Source: an uncultured Methanomicrobiaceae archaeon (GTDB lineage Archaea; Halobacteriota; Methanomicrobia; Methanomicrobiales; Methanoculleaceae). From it: a stretch of DNA of 64,000 nt. The notes beneath the pieces were generated by a model. The model did not search any database, was not told the origin of the DNA, and was given only the letters and a program-made list of their open reading frames with translations. Positions 33,195 to 44,079 of this stretch are shown piece after piece. The stretch lies in the NCBI GenBank assembly GCA_963826525.1, contig CAWGXH010000004.1:1536001-1600000 (forward strand). The letters run 5' to 3'. Each line of letters opens with the position of its first letter. Position 1 is the stretch's first letter. Made by a program: the position numbers and the translations under genes.

Positions 33195-34469
33195 TCAGTC
33201 CGCCCTGAGCGCGTCGAGGTATGCCCGCATCGCCGCCGCTCCGCCCATTGCCACTGAGTCGGGAATATCGCGGGGCGCCGCAGCAGCTCCTGCGATGTAG
33301 ATGCCCGGCCTGATGGTCCTGACGGGAGCGGTCTTCTCGTCTTCAGCGGCAAAAAATCCGGTCTTCGCCCTGGGTATGCCGAGTTTTCCCGCGATCTCGT
33401 CTGCACCGGCCGCAGGCTCGAGGCCGACCGAGAGCACGACGAGATCGGGAGAGAACTGCTCGACCTCGCCGGTCTCGGTATTCTCGGCCTGGAGGAGCAT
33501 GCTGCTGCTGCCCACGATCACTTCGCCCGGGAATCCGCGGATAAACCGGACACCCATCTGCTGTGCACGGTTGTAATACTCCTCGTATCCCTTTCCGTAT
33601 GCGCGGATATCGTTGTAGAATATCCGGACGTCAATTGCCGGGTACTTCTCTTTAACGAGCATCGCGTTCTTCATGGCGTACATGCAGCAGACCCCGGAGC
33701 AGTATGGGCGATCGACTGAGGTGTCGCGGGATCCCACGCACTGCACGAACGCAATGCTTCCGGGCGCCGTCCCGTCGGAGAGCCGTTTGAGTTTGCCTCC
33801 CGTGGGGCCGCTCGCGTTGATCATCCGCTCGAACTCAAGGCTCGTGATGACATCCGGGCCTGAGAGGTAACGCAGCTGCTCCTTCCTCCGGGCGTTGAAG
33901 GTCGCGTATCCGGTCGCCAGCACAATCGAGGCGACGCCGATCTTAATCGTCCGTTCAGTGTCCTCACGGAGCACCGCCTCTCGCCCGCAGATGTCGTAGC
34001 AGAGTCCGCACTCGATGCAGTGCTCGTTGTCCTTGATGACGATGTCGGGGACGGCCTGCGGGTGGGGCTTATAGATAGCTTTCCGGACGCCGATCCCTGC
34101 ATCGAACCGATTGTAGACCTCCACAGGGCAGATCCGGACGCAGTCCCCACAGCCGTTGCACTCCGCCTCGTCGACATAGCGGGGGTGCTTCCGGATCGTG
34201 ACCGTGAAGTTCCCGACCTCTCCCTCGACCGAATCCACCTCGGTACAGGTATGGATGGTGATATTCGGGTGGCGTGCAACGTCCACCATCTTCGGGGAGA
34301 GGATGCACATTGAGCAGTCGTTCGTCGGAAAGGTTTTGTCGAGCTGAGCCATGTGGCCGCCGATCGTCGGCTCGCGCTCGATCAGGTGAACGTGGATATC
34401 ATGATCCGCAAGGTCAAGAGCCGCCTGGATACCCGCGACACCCGCTCCGATAACCGCTACCTCAGCCAT
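33195..34469 (-). CDS. HdrA-like FAD/Fe-S oxidoreductase (short form)
   Basis: IGAGVAG, GGHMAQLDKTFPTNDCSMCI, two ferredoxin-like motifs, QCVGSRD, YCSGVCCMYA, PRDIPDSV. Confidence 0.9.
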   Translation of the reverse strand: MAEVAVIGAGVAGIQAALDLADHDIHVHLIEREPTIGGHMAQLDKTFPTNDCSMCILSPKMVDVARHPNITIHTCTEVDSVEGEVGNFTVTIRKHPRYVDEAECNGCGDCVRICPVEVYNRFDAGIGVRKAIYKPHPQAVPDIVIKDNEHCIECGLCYDICGREAVLREDTERTIKIGVASIVLATGYATFNARRKEQLRYLSGPDVITSLEFERMINASGPTGGKLKRLSDGTAPGSIAFVQCVGSRDTSVDRPYCSGVCCMYAMKNAMLVKEKYPAIDVRIFYNDIRAYGKGYEEYYNRAQQMGVRFIRGFPGEVIVGSSSMLLQAENTETGEVEQFSPDLVVLSVGLEPAAGADEIAGKLGIPRAKTGFFAAEDEKTAPVRTIRPGIYIAGAAAAPRDIPDSVAMGGAAAMRAYLDALRAD

Positions 34470-34954
34470 GCCGGTACCTCCCTGCAAGTTCGACGTACCG
34501 ACCGTGCATTCGCGATGATACTTTGCCGCTGCTCTTCGCTTGTCTCCTTCACCACTTTGCCGGGGACGCCGAGGACGAGGGAGCCCGCCGGGATCTCCTT
34601 CCCCTCGGTGATGACCGCCCCGGCGCCGATGACGGAGCCTTCGCCGACGATTGCACCGTTCAGTACGATCGCCCCCATCCCGACGAGGACGCGATCCCGG
34701 ATCGTGCAGCCGTGCAGGATGGCGCCGTGGCCTACCGAGACCTGCGAGCCGATGGTGACCGGGTATCCGGTCGTCGTGTGGACGACGGCGTTGTCCTGGA
34801 TGTTCGACTCCTTCCCGATGGCGATACGGTCCTTGTCGGCACGAACGACGGCGCCGAACCAGACATTCGCGTCGTCGCCGATGGTGACATCTCCGATGAC
34901 CGTTGCATTCTCGGCGATGAAGACCCGGGAACCTGCAACAATGCCGCTCTCCAT
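34462..34954 (-). CDS. Gamma-class carbonic anhydrase family protein (frameshift near C-terminus ~34498)
   Basis: Hexapeptide repeats, NIQDNAVVH, GHGAILHGC. Corrected tail reads YVELAGRYRHG*. Confidence 0.9.
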
Positions 34955-35113
34955 AGTACGTCTACTATTTGATGCGGTCATACAAAATGCTCTCCATTCC
35001 GGAGGGTGGAACGCCGCATGCAATTGCTCTCCGGTGCCCGCCGCCCGGCGCGGATGACGAGCCTATGGCGGATCACTACCCATAAGGCTTACCGGACACA
35101 ACCTCTCTGCACA

Positions 35114-35572
35114 ATGAGAGTGATGGTCGGAGGAACGTTCGATCCCCTGCACGCCGGGCACCAGAAGTTGCTCACCCGTTCATTCCAGGCTGCAGGGCAG
35201 GACGGTTATGTGACGATCGGTATAACGACCGACGAGTTCGCGGGGAGCAAGACCCATCCCGTCCGGCCGTTCGAGGAGCGGAGACGTGACGTCGAGGAGT
35301 TTATACGGCAGAGCGGCTTTCCCGCCGGCTGGATGATCGAGCCGCTCTCCGACCGGTATGGCTCTGCGCTCGAGGCGGACTTCGACGCCCTGGTCGTCTC
35401 TGAAGAGACGTTCCCCGTCGCTGTTGAGATAAACGTTCTTCGCAAAAATCACGGGCGAAAAAAGGTGGACATTCACGAGATCAGCTGCGTGCTCGCTGAA
35501 GACGGAAGAAGGATCTCGAGCACGCGCATCTACCGGGGCGAGATCGACCGCCGCGGCCAGCTCGTCAGATGA
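35114..35572 (+). CDS. coaD: Phosphopantetheine adenylyltransferase (archaeal type)
   Basis: GGTFDPLHAGH, VVSEET, ISSTRI..GEID. Confidence 0.92.
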   Translation: MRVMVGGTFDPLHAGHQKLLTRSFQAAGQDGYVTIGITTDEFAGSKTHPVRPFEERRRDVEEFIRQSGFPAGWMIEPLSDRYGSALEADFDALVVSEETFPVAVEINVLRKNHGRKKVDIHEISCVLAEDGRRISSTRIYRGEIDRRGQLVR

Positions 35573-36036
35573 TGTGGCCTGCGATATCGGTCTTGATCCA
35601 CCAGTCGCAGTAGAGGCAGTGCAGACCTTTTTCGAGCACCTCAAAGGTGCTCTCCACCGGCTCGTTCGTGTTGGTGATGCAGCCCGGGTTCGGGCAGCGG
35701 ACGACGCCCCGGAGGATCTTCGGGATCTCGACCCCTTTCTTCTCGACGACAAGGTACCTCCCGGATGATATTGATCTTCGCCTGCGGCGCGATCAGGGCG
35801 ATCCGGTCGACCTCTTCGGTGCGAAGCTCGCGGTTCTCGATCTTGACGATGTCTTTCTTCTCCATCCGGTGGCTTGCAACATTGGTGGCGACGCTCAGCG
35901 ACTCGGTCGTCGATCCCGTGATCCCGAGGATCTTCAGCACGTTGAGTGCTTCTCCCGCAGTGATATGATCGATCACGGTGCCGCTCCGGATGGGACTGAT
36001 GAGCAGGCCTTTCACGGGACTCGCTTCGTCGTTCAT
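35565..36036 (-). CDS. pyrI: Aspartate carbamoyltransferase regulatory chain (frameshift ~35757)
   Basis: [15 protein letters not shown]; second frame has CPNPGCITN and CLYC. Confidence 0.92.
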
Positions 36037-36932
36037 TTCATCACCTCATGGAGGAGTGCCATTCTGACCGGCACCCCGTTTCGTGACTGTTCGAAGTAGC
36101 GTGCGTACGGGAGGCTGTCCACCCCTGAGTCGATCTCACCCGCCCGCGGCAGCGGATGCAGCACTATCAGGTGTTCCTGCACATTGGCCAGGAGTTCGGG
36201 AGTGATCCGGTAACTCGATGCCACGTTATAGTACGATGCCGAATCGGGGAAGCGCTCCCGCTGGATGCGGGTGACGTAGAGGACGTCGAGATCTTCGACG
36301 ATCTCGCTCACGTCTTCGTGCTGGATGACCTCCATCCCCCGCTCGCGCAGTTCGTGGAGAATATTCGCCGGAAGCTCGAGTCCTGCCGGCGCGATGGTGT
36401 GTATGGTCACCCCGTAGAGGGAGAGGGCATAGGCGAGCGAGTGCGCCGTCCTGCCGTAGCGCAGGTCGCCGAGCATCCCGACGTTGATCCCGTCGATCGG
36501 CATCGACTGGCGTATCGTGTAGAGATCGAGGAGGGTCTGGGACGGGTGCTGGCCGGCACCGTCTCCGGCGTTAATGACCGGAACGGTCGCAAACTCGCTT
36601 GCGAGCCTGGCCGCCCCTTCTTTCGGGTGCCGGAGCACGATGGCATCGACGTAGCCGCTCACCACCCGAATGGTGTCGGCAAGCGTCTCCCCCTTCACGA
36701 TGGAACTTGCCTCGACACTGTCGACGCTGATCGACTTGCCGCCGAGCCGTGCCATGGCCGTCTCGAACGACATCCTGGTACGCGTGCTGGGCTCGAAGAA
36801 GAGGAGGGCGAGCAGTTTCTCTTCGAGAGCGTGGCGGTCGTACGTGCGGGTATCGAACGCACCTGCTCTCTCAAGCAGGTAGTCGATATCTCTCCGTGTA
36901 TAATCTCTGATCGAGATGATATGGTTCGTCAT
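36033..36932 (-). CDS. pyrB: Aspartate carbamoyltransferase catalytic chain
   Basis: [22 protein letters not shown]. Confidence 0.97.
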   Translation of the reverse strand: MTNHIISIRDYTRRDIDYLLERAGAFDTRTYDRHALEEKLLALLFFEPSTRTRMSFETAMARLGGKSISVDSVEASSIVKGETLADTIRVVSGYVDAIVLRHPKEGAARLASEFATVPVINAGDGAGQHPSQTLLDLYTIRQSMPIDGINVGMLGDLRYGRTAHSLAYALSLYGVTIHTIAPAGLELPANILHELRERGMEVIQHEDVSEIVEDLDVLYVTRIQRERFPDSASYYNVASSYRITPELLANVQEHLIVLHPLPRAGEIDSGVDSLPYARYFEQSRNGVPVRMALLHEVMK

Positions 36933-37117
36933 GCCTTATCTTCCGGGGAGTCGTGGGCAGCAGGTGAGAGGATCGGCGTTTTCTTTCGTTCTCTCTCACG
37001 GAATATGTCCTCTATAACGTATCGTCCTCCCCCATAATAGAGTGATGGCACCGTTGCCGTCCCCCGATCGCAACCTTTGTCAGATACGGAAACAATCTAA
37101 CTGAACGGAGATACGAA

Positions 37118-37321
37118 ATGCCGGAGATCGAAGGCGAGTACGCACCCGAAACCTGCTGCCACTGCGATGGGCTCGGGTGCCTCTACTGCGATAAAAAGGG
37201 CGTTGTCATGGTGCTGCAACCGTCACGGAAGTGCGAACACTGCGGGGGGGACTGTTGCATCTACTGCGGCTACACCGGGTGGCATCATCCCCTGCGCGAG
37301 GAAAAAGGGAAACGTTGCTGA
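37118..37321 (+). CDS. Small Cys-rich zinc-finger-like protein
   Basis: Two CxxCxGx(G/C)CxxC units. Confidence 0.7.
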   Translation: MPEIEGEYAPETCCHCDGLGCLYCDKKGVVMVLQPSRKCEHCGGDCCIYCGYTGWHHPLREEKGKRC

Positions 37322-37323
37322 AA

Positions 37324-38049
37324 CTATTTTCGGGCGATCGTGATGTACCCGCTGTGGCCGACCCTGGTGGACGGCCGCGTTCCCCGCCCTGAACGGACGA
37401 GCTCGCGCTCCATACACTCGTAGGCGTGCACGTCCCGGAAGAGGGGCTGCGCCGCATCGAGGACGGTGAACGTATGTTCGAGGAACGGCGTGTAACTCGC
37501 GAGGTAACCGCCCGGTTTGAGAAGGGCGTGCGCGTGCTCGACGTGCGCCGCAGAGAGCCCCATATCGAGATGGACGACGTCGTACAGGCCGTCGGCCTCA
37601 AGCACGTCGCAGGTGCGCACCTCGACGTTTTCAAGACCGGCGTTGTTGATGTTCTTTCTCGCAAGCGCTGCAAACTCCGGCCGCACCTCGCAGGTGACCA
37701 CCCGGCGGGCGATGTTTCCGAAGTATATGGCTGCAATGCCGCTCCCCGTTCCCGCATCAAGCACCTCGTCCCGGCGGTTCATCCCGGTATAGGCGATCAC
37801 CATGCCGATATCCTTCGGGAGCATCGGTGCACCGCTCCTGCGGGCATGGGTGAAAAAATCCGTCGGGCGGGGGCGGAGAATGGTAAACGCCACATCTTTA
37901 TGCGTTCTTATGATGTCGCCGGGTGACGCACCGACGAGCGTCCCGAGATCGAGTGTCCCGAGGTCCGTGCCGAGCTCTCCAGGCCCGGCCTGCACATAAT
38001 ATTCCCGCTTCTCCCCGACAAGGAGAAGGCGTTCGCCTTCCTCGATCAT
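37324..38049 (-). CDS. trmI: tRNA (adenine-57/58-N1)-methyltransferase
   Basis: PKDIG, VLDAGTGSG, GTRPS..VGHSGYI. Confidence 0.9.
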   Translation of the reverse strand: MIEEGERLLLVGEKREYYVQAGPGELGTDLGTLDLGTLVGASPGDIIRTHKDVAFTILRPRPTDFFTHARRSGAPMLPKDIGMVIAYTGMNRRDEVLDAGTGSGIAAIYFGNIARRVVTCEVRPEFAALARKNINNAGLENVEVRTCDVLEADGLYDVVHLDMGLSAAHVEHAHALLKPGGYLASYTPFLEHTFTVLDAAQPLFRDVHAYECMERELVRSGRGTRPSTRVGHSGYITIARK

Positions 38050-38384
38050 TGCTGTGCAAGCTTCAGAATGGCTTCGGCGATATCGCCCCTGGTCTCGGTG
38101 AGTGCAGCCCGTGCAGCCTCCTCACCGACGCCCGTCTGGGATGCGACGAGGGCTACGTCTTCGGCAGGGATATCCGGCGCTGCTTCTTCGAACCGTGCGT
38201 CGCCGGTGAGCTGGTAGGTGGTCACGCCCTGCATCTTCGTCGCCACCACTTCGGCGTTATCGAAGACGTAGTTGCCGCTTGGAGTGTAGATGACGACCTT
38301 CTCGACGTCTTCTATCTGCTCCATCTCCATGCCCATCTGCTTCATCATCTGCTTCATTTTCTTTGGGTTTATGTTTGGAAACAT
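38046..38384 (-). CDS. nac: Nascent polypeptide-associated complex protein
   Basis: NPKKMKQMMKQMG; UBA tail GDIAEAILKL. Confidence 0.95.
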   Translation of the reverse strand: MFPNINPKKMKQMMKQMGMEMEQIEDVEKVVIYTPSGNYVFDNAEVVATKMQGVTTYQLTGDARFEEAAPDIPAEDVALVASQTGVGEEAARAALTETRGDIAEAILKLAQQ

Positions 38385-38863
38385 TCCGAATCCCTTCCCT
38401 GCCGTACTTTTACCGCTACACCGTAATTAAATGCCAGCATCTCCGCCCCGCCGAGCAGGGCGACACCGGTGGCAACGAGCGTATCGCCGTCTCCGACGAC
38501 GAGCACTTCGTCCCCCGCCCGGATGCCGGGATCTGCCCCGACAATGTGCTTTGCCATCGCGTTCTTTCCTGCCGCGACAAAAGGCGTTACATCCTCCCTG
38601 ATCGCCACGCGGTAGGCAGGTGCCCGGCACGCGGAGACGAGGCGCGATGCACCGACATACCCGAGGGTCAATCTGCCGTCCTGTGCACGGACGGTGGCAA
38701 GGCGGATTCTGCCCAGGAGTATCTGGCGGATCCTTCCCGTCGTGGAGAGCTGAAACTCACACTCGTCGGGAAAGACGGCTGCACCTGCACCGTTGCCGAA
38801 CTGAAAATCAGCAATGGTGCGAACTCTGCGAAGCAGACTGTTCTTCGAGTACTCGGTTGACAC
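38369..38863 (-). CDS. PUA-domain protein (archaeosine TGT C-terminal-like)
   Basis: IADFQFG, S.TGRIRQ, AKH...ADPGIRAGDEVLVV, GVAVKVR. Confidence 0.85.
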   Translation of the reverse strand: MSTEYSKNSLLRRVRTIADFQFGNGAGAAVFPDECEFQLSTTGRIRQILLGRIRLATVRAQDGRLTLGYVGASRLVSACRAPAYRVAIREDVTPFVAAGKNAMAKHIVGADPGIRAGDEVLVVGDGDTLVATGVALLGGAEMLAFNYGVAVKVRQGRDSECFQT

Positions 38864-40205
38864 GATTGATAAACTCCTGTTCCTTCTCTTTTGGTATATA
38901 CGCACCCGCCGCGATCCGGTGCCCTCCTCCGGCACCGCCGACCTCTTCCGACGCCCGCACCATCGCATCCTGGAGGTCGACGCCCCGGGAAAGCGCCCAC
39001 TCGTTCGTCCTCGCAGATACCTTGGTCATCTCCGGGTCGTCGATCATGACGCTCATGATCAGGATCGGCTTATGCCAGTCGAGCTTCGAGAGTGCCATGC
39101 CGGCTCCGATCCCGACGATCGTATCGGGGAACCGGTCGCCGGTATGGACGTACTGGAGGTGCGAGAGCTCGGTAACACCTGTATCAAGGATGTACTGGAG
39201 GAGCTCTCGTATGATCGCACGGTGGTTAGTGAGCATTCTCTCCGCGTCCTGGTAGGCGGTGCCGCGGTCTCCCCGGCAGACGCTGCTGCCGATACGGGGC
39301 TGTGTCCAGCGCCCGCAGGCGTTTAAGAGGGTGGCATACTCGGAGGCGTTCCGTAGCGGCGTCCGCTCCGGTTCGTCGGGGAAGAGGTAGATCTCTCCGA
39401 GGAGGCGTCCGGTCTCTTTCCCGTGGGCGACGAGCTGCTGGGTCAGCGCACTGATGATCGTCTTCTTGTCCTCAAAGGAGAGTTCCTCCCAGACAAGCCA
39501 GCGCCCTTCGTCCGCCTTTAAGGTCACGTTCAGTTTCTGCAGAAAGCGGAGGGCGGCGTTGGTGTTGCCGCTGATCCCGGCGATGTAGGGATCGTCGCTG
39601 TAGCCGAGACAGACGTGGACGGGTCTCGTTGAGGTGCCGTAACAGTTGAGGTCGTGTCTCCGGATAACGACGTTGCCGAACATCGCCCCGTCGAGCGCGA
39701 TCTCGCGTGCGGGTCCGACGAGGCCGCAGCCCTCCCTGGCCATCATATCTCCGACATTCCCCACCACGGCGAGCTTGGCAAGGTCGCTGTTGCCGCTGTC
39801 GAGCTCCTTTGCCATCAGGTATGCAACGCCTGCGGCGCTCATCTTCTGATGCCCGTGATCCAGACAGTTGACCTGCGTGTACCCGGTATCGCAGGGCTGG
39901 CTGACGTGGTGGTCGACGATCAGCACCTCGTCAGCCGTAAGGCCGTGCGCTTCGAGGAGGTTCTGCTGGCCTGCTCCGAGATCGGTGAAGACCTTGAGCG
40001 ACGCATCCTTCGGTACGTGCCGCATCGCCATCGGTTCGAGCTGGCGGACGAAGACGGATTTGACGGGGATCCCCTCCCGCGAGATCGCCTGTGCAAGGAT
40101 CGATTCGGTACTGATACCGTCGGCATCGATATGGGAGACTATCGTCACCTCATCCGCATCGCGTATGGTCTTCACGCCTCTCCTGATATCGTCGCCGAAC
40201 TCCAT
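38808..40205 (-). CDS. RecJ-like DHH/DHHA1 phosphoesterase
   Basis: SHIDADG, TDLG, DHH, LLNACGR, GGGHRIAAG. Confidence 0.9.
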   Translation of the reverse strand: MEFGDDIRRGVKTIRDADEVTIVSHIDADGISTESILAQAISREGIPVKSVFVRQLEPMAMRHVPKDASLKVFTDLGAGQQNLLEAHGLTADEVLIVDHHVSQPCDTGYTQVNCLDHGHQKMSAAGVAYLMAKELDSGNSDLAKLAVVGNVGDMMAREGCGLVGPAREIALDGAMFGNVVIRRHDLNCYGTSTRPVHVCLGYSDDPYIAGISGNTNAALRFLQKLNVTLKADEGRWLVWEELSFEDKKTIISALTQQLVAHGKETGRLLGEIYLFPDEPERTPLRNASEYATLLNACGRWTQPRIGSSVCRGDRGTAYQDAERMLTNHRAIIRELLQYILDTGVTELSHLQYVHTGDRFPDTIVGIGAGMALSKLDWHKPILIMSVMIDDPEMTKVSARTNEWALSRGVDLQDAMVRASEEVGGAGGGHRIAAGAYIPKEKEQEFINRVNRVLEEQSASQSSHHC

Positions 40206-40348
40206 CTCCTTAGAGTATGGGTTCTGTCTGCCAATAAATTCTGGTATCGCCATAACGGCAAACGCGAGACCGGGCATTTCGGATTCATAAGATTTCTATG
40301 GCATGCAGTCCATAGCACTCTCTATAGCTGCCGGAGTGTGGTCGAATC

Positions 40349-41752
40349 GTGAAATCTGATGAACTGCGTGAGTTTTGTGAGGATGGCGTGGTCGGTGCGG
40401 CCAGGATGCGGGCGATAGAGGAGAATGCCATGGCGCTCGGCCTCTCCTCTCCCAGGATGATGGAGAGCGCAGGAAAAGCGCTTGCCGGAGCCGTGCTTGC
40501 ATACGATCCGGATCGCGTTCTGATCCTCTGTGGGAAAGGGAAGAACGGCGGTGACGGGATGGTCGCCGCCCGGTACCTTCAGTCGGCCGCCGAAGTGCAT
40601 GCCATCTACCTGGAATCCGGGAGGATGGCGCCAGAAACCGCCGCCGAACTCCTGCTGCTCCGACATACCGGTGTTACCCTGCACCCTATCCGGTGCACGC
40701 CGGACGTGCTGGCACTCCACCACCTCTTCGAGAGAGCGGATATCATCGTCGATGCGCTCCTCGGCACCGGCGCCGGGGGCACGCTTCGCGAACCGCTCGG
40801 TGCCTGCGTCGAACTCGCAAACGGGAGCGGCAGTCCGATCGTTGCCGCAGATCTTCCCACGCCCGGTATCCGGGCGGCGCGAATCCTCTCCTTCCACCGC
40901 CCGAAACAGGACGGAGCGGAGATTGTGGATATCGGCATTCCGCTCGAGGCGGAGTGCTATGCCGGACCCGGCGATCTGGCGCTTCTCCCGACCCGGTCAT
41001 CGTCGGCCCACAAGGGTGCCGGGGGGGAGGTGCTGGTGGTGGGCGGAGGGCCCTACCAGGGGGCGCCGTACCTCGCCGCTCTTGCCGCTCTCCGGGGCGG
41101 TGCGGATATCGTTCGGATCGCCTCTCCCGCCTTCATCCCGATGCCCGATCTCATCTACGAGCGGCTCGAAGGGACGCATATCACGGAAGACCATATTGAA
41201 ACCATCCTCCGGCTCGTCGATCGCGCCGATGTGGTCGTCTGCGGGATGGGTCTTGGGACAGAGAGTCACGTCGTCGTCCGAGCGATCGCTGAAAACGCTG
41301 CACGGGCAGTCTTTGATGCGGATGCTCTCAGGCACCCGCTGCCGGTGGCGGACGAGACGATCTACACGCCGCATGCCGGGGAGTTTTCACGGATGACGGG
41401 GGATAACCTCCCCGAAGACCTCGCCGCCCGTGCCCGCACGGTGCGATCCGCAGCCGGAGAGGGAACCGTCCTCCTCAAAGGGCCTGTCGACATCATATCC
41501 GACGGCACCCGGGTGCGGTTCAATCGTACCGGAACGTCGGCGATGACCGTCGGAGGGACGGGCGACGTCCTCGCAGGCCTGACGGGAGCGCTCTTCTGCA
41601 CGCTTCCGGCATTTGAGGCTGCTTCTCTTGCGGCATACGTCAACGGGCGCGCCGGGATGGCGGCTGCCGAATGTCGGGGCAATGGGATGCTGGCGACCGA
41701 TCTTGTTGAATATATCCCGGGCGAATTATTCGGAAGGAAGATCCATGGTTGA
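40349..41752 (+). CDS. nnr: Bifunctional NAD(P)HX epimerase/dehydratase
   Basis: [41 protein letters not shown]. Confidence 0.92.
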   Translation: MKSDELREFCEDGVVGAARMRAIEENAMALGLSSPRMMESAGKALAGAVLAYDPDRVLILCGKGKNGGDGMVAARYLQSAAEVHAIYLESGRMAPETAAELLLLRHTGVTLHPIRCTPDVLALHHLFERADIIVDALLGTGAGGTLREPLGACVELANGSGSPIVAADLPTPGIRAARILSFHRPKQDGAEIVDIGIPLEAECYAGPGDLALLPTRSSSAHKGAGGEVLVVGGGPYQGAPYLAALAALRGGADIVRIASPAFIPMPDLIYERLEGTHITEDHIETILRLVDRADVVVCGMGLGTESHVVVRAIAENAARAVFDADALRHPLPVADETIYTPHAGEFSRMTGDNLPEDLAARARTVRSAAGEGTVLLKGPVDIISDGTRVRFNRTGTSAMTVGGTGDVLAGLTGALFCTLPAFEAASLAAYVNGRAGMAAAECRGNGMLATDLVEYIPGELFGRKIHG

Positions 41753-42212
41753 GTTTACGCATATCAGGGGCGACCGCGTTCATATGGTCGATATCACCGG
41801 AAAGGCGGACGTAACGAGGGAAGCCATCGCGAAGGGCAAAATCTACCTTCGGCCGGAGACGCTTGCGGCTATCCGTGAAGGGAAGACGCTGAAAGGGAAT
41901 GTCCTTGCGACGGCACGGGTGGCCGCAACTCTTGCGGTGAAGGAGACCTCGCGGCTCATTCCCATGTGCCACCCGATCTCCCTCGGGAGCATCACCGTCG
42001 ATTTTGAGGAGGGGGACGGGTACATCGAGGCGATGGCCGGGGTAAAATCGTATGGGAAGACCGGCGTCGAGATGGAAGCGCTTACCGGGGTCTCCGTCGC
42101 CCTTCTGACCATCTGGGATATGGTCAAGTCTGCCGAGAAGGACGAAGACGGGCAGTATCCGGTCACGAGGATCGAAGAGATCCGCGTGGTTGAGAAGAGA
42201 AAGGGGAAGTAG
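41745..42212 (+). CDS. moaC: Cyclic pyranopterin monophosphate synthase
   Basis: [27 protein letters not shown]. Confidence 0.95.
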   Translation: MVEFTHIRGDRVHMVDITGKADVTREAIAKGKIYLRPETLAAIREGKTLKGNVLATARVAATLAVKETSRLIPMCHPISLGSITVDFEEGDGYIEAMAGVKSYGKTGVEMEALTGVSVALLTIWDMVKSAEKDEDGQYPVTRIEEIRVVEKRKGK

Positions 42213-42274
42213 GGCGGATCTTCCTTCGCGGTTCCGCCGGATACGAGCCTTTATATCGTCTCCTGTCGACCTGT

Positions 42275-42341
42275 TAGGAACCACGGGACTCGTCCCGGGA
42301 AAGGAATGTGGCGGAAACGCTGAACCTGAGGTGAAGAACTA
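42275..42341 (+). promoter_or_regulatory. Structured 5' leader of rpl15e (candidate eL15 ribosomal-protein leader)
   Basis: Follows TATA TTTATAT (~42250). Nested pairings AGG/CCT, CCAC/GTGG, CGGGA-CTCG-TCCCG and GCG-GAAA-CGC; GAGGTGA RBS adjoins the outer stem. Confidence 0.55.
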
Positions 42342-42932
42342 ATGGCAAAATCAATGTATGCCTACGTACGTGAGGCATGGAAGCGCCCCGACGAATCCGA
42401 AGTCGGCGGTCTCCTCTGGGAGCGGATGCAGGTATGGCGGCGCGAAGGAAGCATCGTACGTGTTGAGCATCCTACCCGTATTGACCGGGCACGGACGCTC
42501 GGGTACAAGGCAAAGCAGGGAATCGTCGTTGCACGCGTTAAGATCCGCCGCGGAGGCCGGAGGAAGTCCCGGTACGTCCGTGGACGCAGAACCGCCCGCA
42601 TGGGTATGCGCCGGATCACACCCGGCAAGAGCCTGCAGCGGATGGCGGAAGAGCGTGCATCCCGCAAGTTCCCGAATATGGAGGTCTTGAACTCCTACTG
42701 GGTCGGTCAGGACGGACGCCAGAAGTGGTATGAGGTTATCCTCGTCGACGGCAGCCATCCCTCGATCCGGAGCGACAAGACGCTTTGCTGGATTGCAAAC
42801 CCCGTTCACCGTGGCCGTGCGGAGCGTGGAAAGACCTCCGCCGGTATGAAAGGACGCGGCATGAGCACACGGGGCAGGGGCACGGAGAAGACGCGCCCGA
42901 GCATCCGCTCCAATGCAAACCGCGGTAAATAA
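42342..42932 (+). CDS. rpl15e: 50S ribosomal protein eL15
   Basis: [29 protein letters not shown]. Confidence 0.98.
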   Translation: MAKSMYAYVREAWKRPDESEVGGLLWERMQVWRREGSIVRVEHPTRIDRARTLGYKAKQGIVVARVKIRRGGRRKSRYVRGRRTARMGMRRITPGKSLQRMAEERASRKFPNMEVLNSYWVGQDGRQKWYEVILVDGSHPSIRSDKTLCWIANPVHRGRAERGKTSAGMKGRGMSTRGRGTEKTRPSIRSNANRGK

Positions 42933-42958
42933 TCACCCTTTTTTTACGAACAGATCTG

Positions 42959-43600
42959 ATGAACGCCACTGACGCAAGTGTATGTTCCTATCCTGCCGGA
43001 GATTCTTCGATCCGGCGCATGGCGATCGAAGCGGCGGAACTCGGGTTTGACAGCATCGTCTCCATTGAGGGGAATCACGCCGACTCGGATGCCCTTTCAG
43101 TCCTGCGGGGCAGCATCATCAGTGCGTCGTCCGTCAAAGAGGTACTCCGGCAGACGAAGCGGGCGGGCGAAACGGCCGATCTGGTCTTCGTCAACGCGGG
43201 GGATCTCGCCTTCAACCGGGCGGTCGTCACCATCAGAGAGATCCAGGTGCTCCGGAACATCTACAAAACACCTAAGAACTCCTTTGATCACGTAACGGCA
43301 CGGTCCGCAGCGGAAAAGGGTGTGGCGGTCGATATCAACCTCTACCCGATCGTTCATTACCGGGGAGTCGGGAGGCAGAAGGTGCTCCACCGGTATGCCG
43401 ACCTGCTCATGCTTCACCGCCGCTACGGCTTTCTGCTGACCCTCTCGAGCAACGCGCGATCAATCCTCGATCAGCGGTCCGTCCGGGAGATGCACGAGCT
43501 CTCTGCCCTCTTCGGCATGACCGCAGAGGAGGTACGCGCCGCCCTCGGAACCGTCTCCCGGCTCCTCGAACCGGAACGTCCGGTGAAGGTGATCAAATGA
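42959..43600 (+). CDS. rnp3: RNase P protein subunit Rpp30
   Basis: Operon position; FDHV.AR.AA, LSSNA.S..D.R..RE. Confidence 0.85.
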   Translation: MNATDASVCSYPAGDSSIRRMAIEAAELGFDSIVSIEGNHADSDALSVLRGSIISASSVKEVLRQTKRAGETADLVFVNAGDLAFNRAVVTIREIQVLRNIYKTPKNSFDHVTARSAAEKGVAVDINLYPIVHYRGVGRQKVLHRYADLLMLHRRYGFLLTLSSNARSILDQRSVREMHELSALFGMTAEEVRAALGTVSRLLEPERPVKVIK

Positions 43601-44079
43601 GACCGCGGCCACCGGTGATGCGGCAGAAGCGGCGATACATTCTTGTCCGGCTCACCCCCTTCGGGGTCTGCCGGGACCAGAAACAGATCTACCTGTCGGT
43701 GATTGATGCGGCAACCGCACTCCTCGGCGACGTGGTGACCGGGCTTTCGCAGCCTGCGGTCGTCTACTGCGATGATCAGTTCGTCATCGTCCGATGTCGC
43801 CGGGGTTCGGAGCACGAGATCACGACCGCACTCGCCACGGTTACCTCTGTCGGGGATCGACCCGCTGTTATGAGAACGGTTGCCGTCTCCGGCACCGTCC
43901 ATGCACTGAAGCGGCAGATCCGGGTTATCTGTCCGGTATCGGAGACGGGGGAGTGCATGATCGGGGAAAAATATTTTACCGTATACCGCTATCCCCGTCA
44001 AAAGGTTGATTTGGTTGAAAAAAGTATTAAAGACCAGAAGTTATTGTTTTTCACCGAAACGGATTTGGAGGAGAGATAA
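43597..44079 (+). CDS. rnp2: RNase P protein subunit Pop5
   Basis: PPVMRQKRRYILV, VSGT...LK. Confidence 0.88.
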   Translation: MRPRPPVMRQKRRYILVRLTPFGVCRDQKQIYLSVIDAATALLGDVVTGLSQPAVVYCDDQFVIVRCRRGSEHEITTALATVTSVGDRPAVMRTVAVSGTVHALKRQIRVICPVSETGECMIGEKYFTVYRYPRQKVDLVEKSIKDQKLLFFTETDLEER

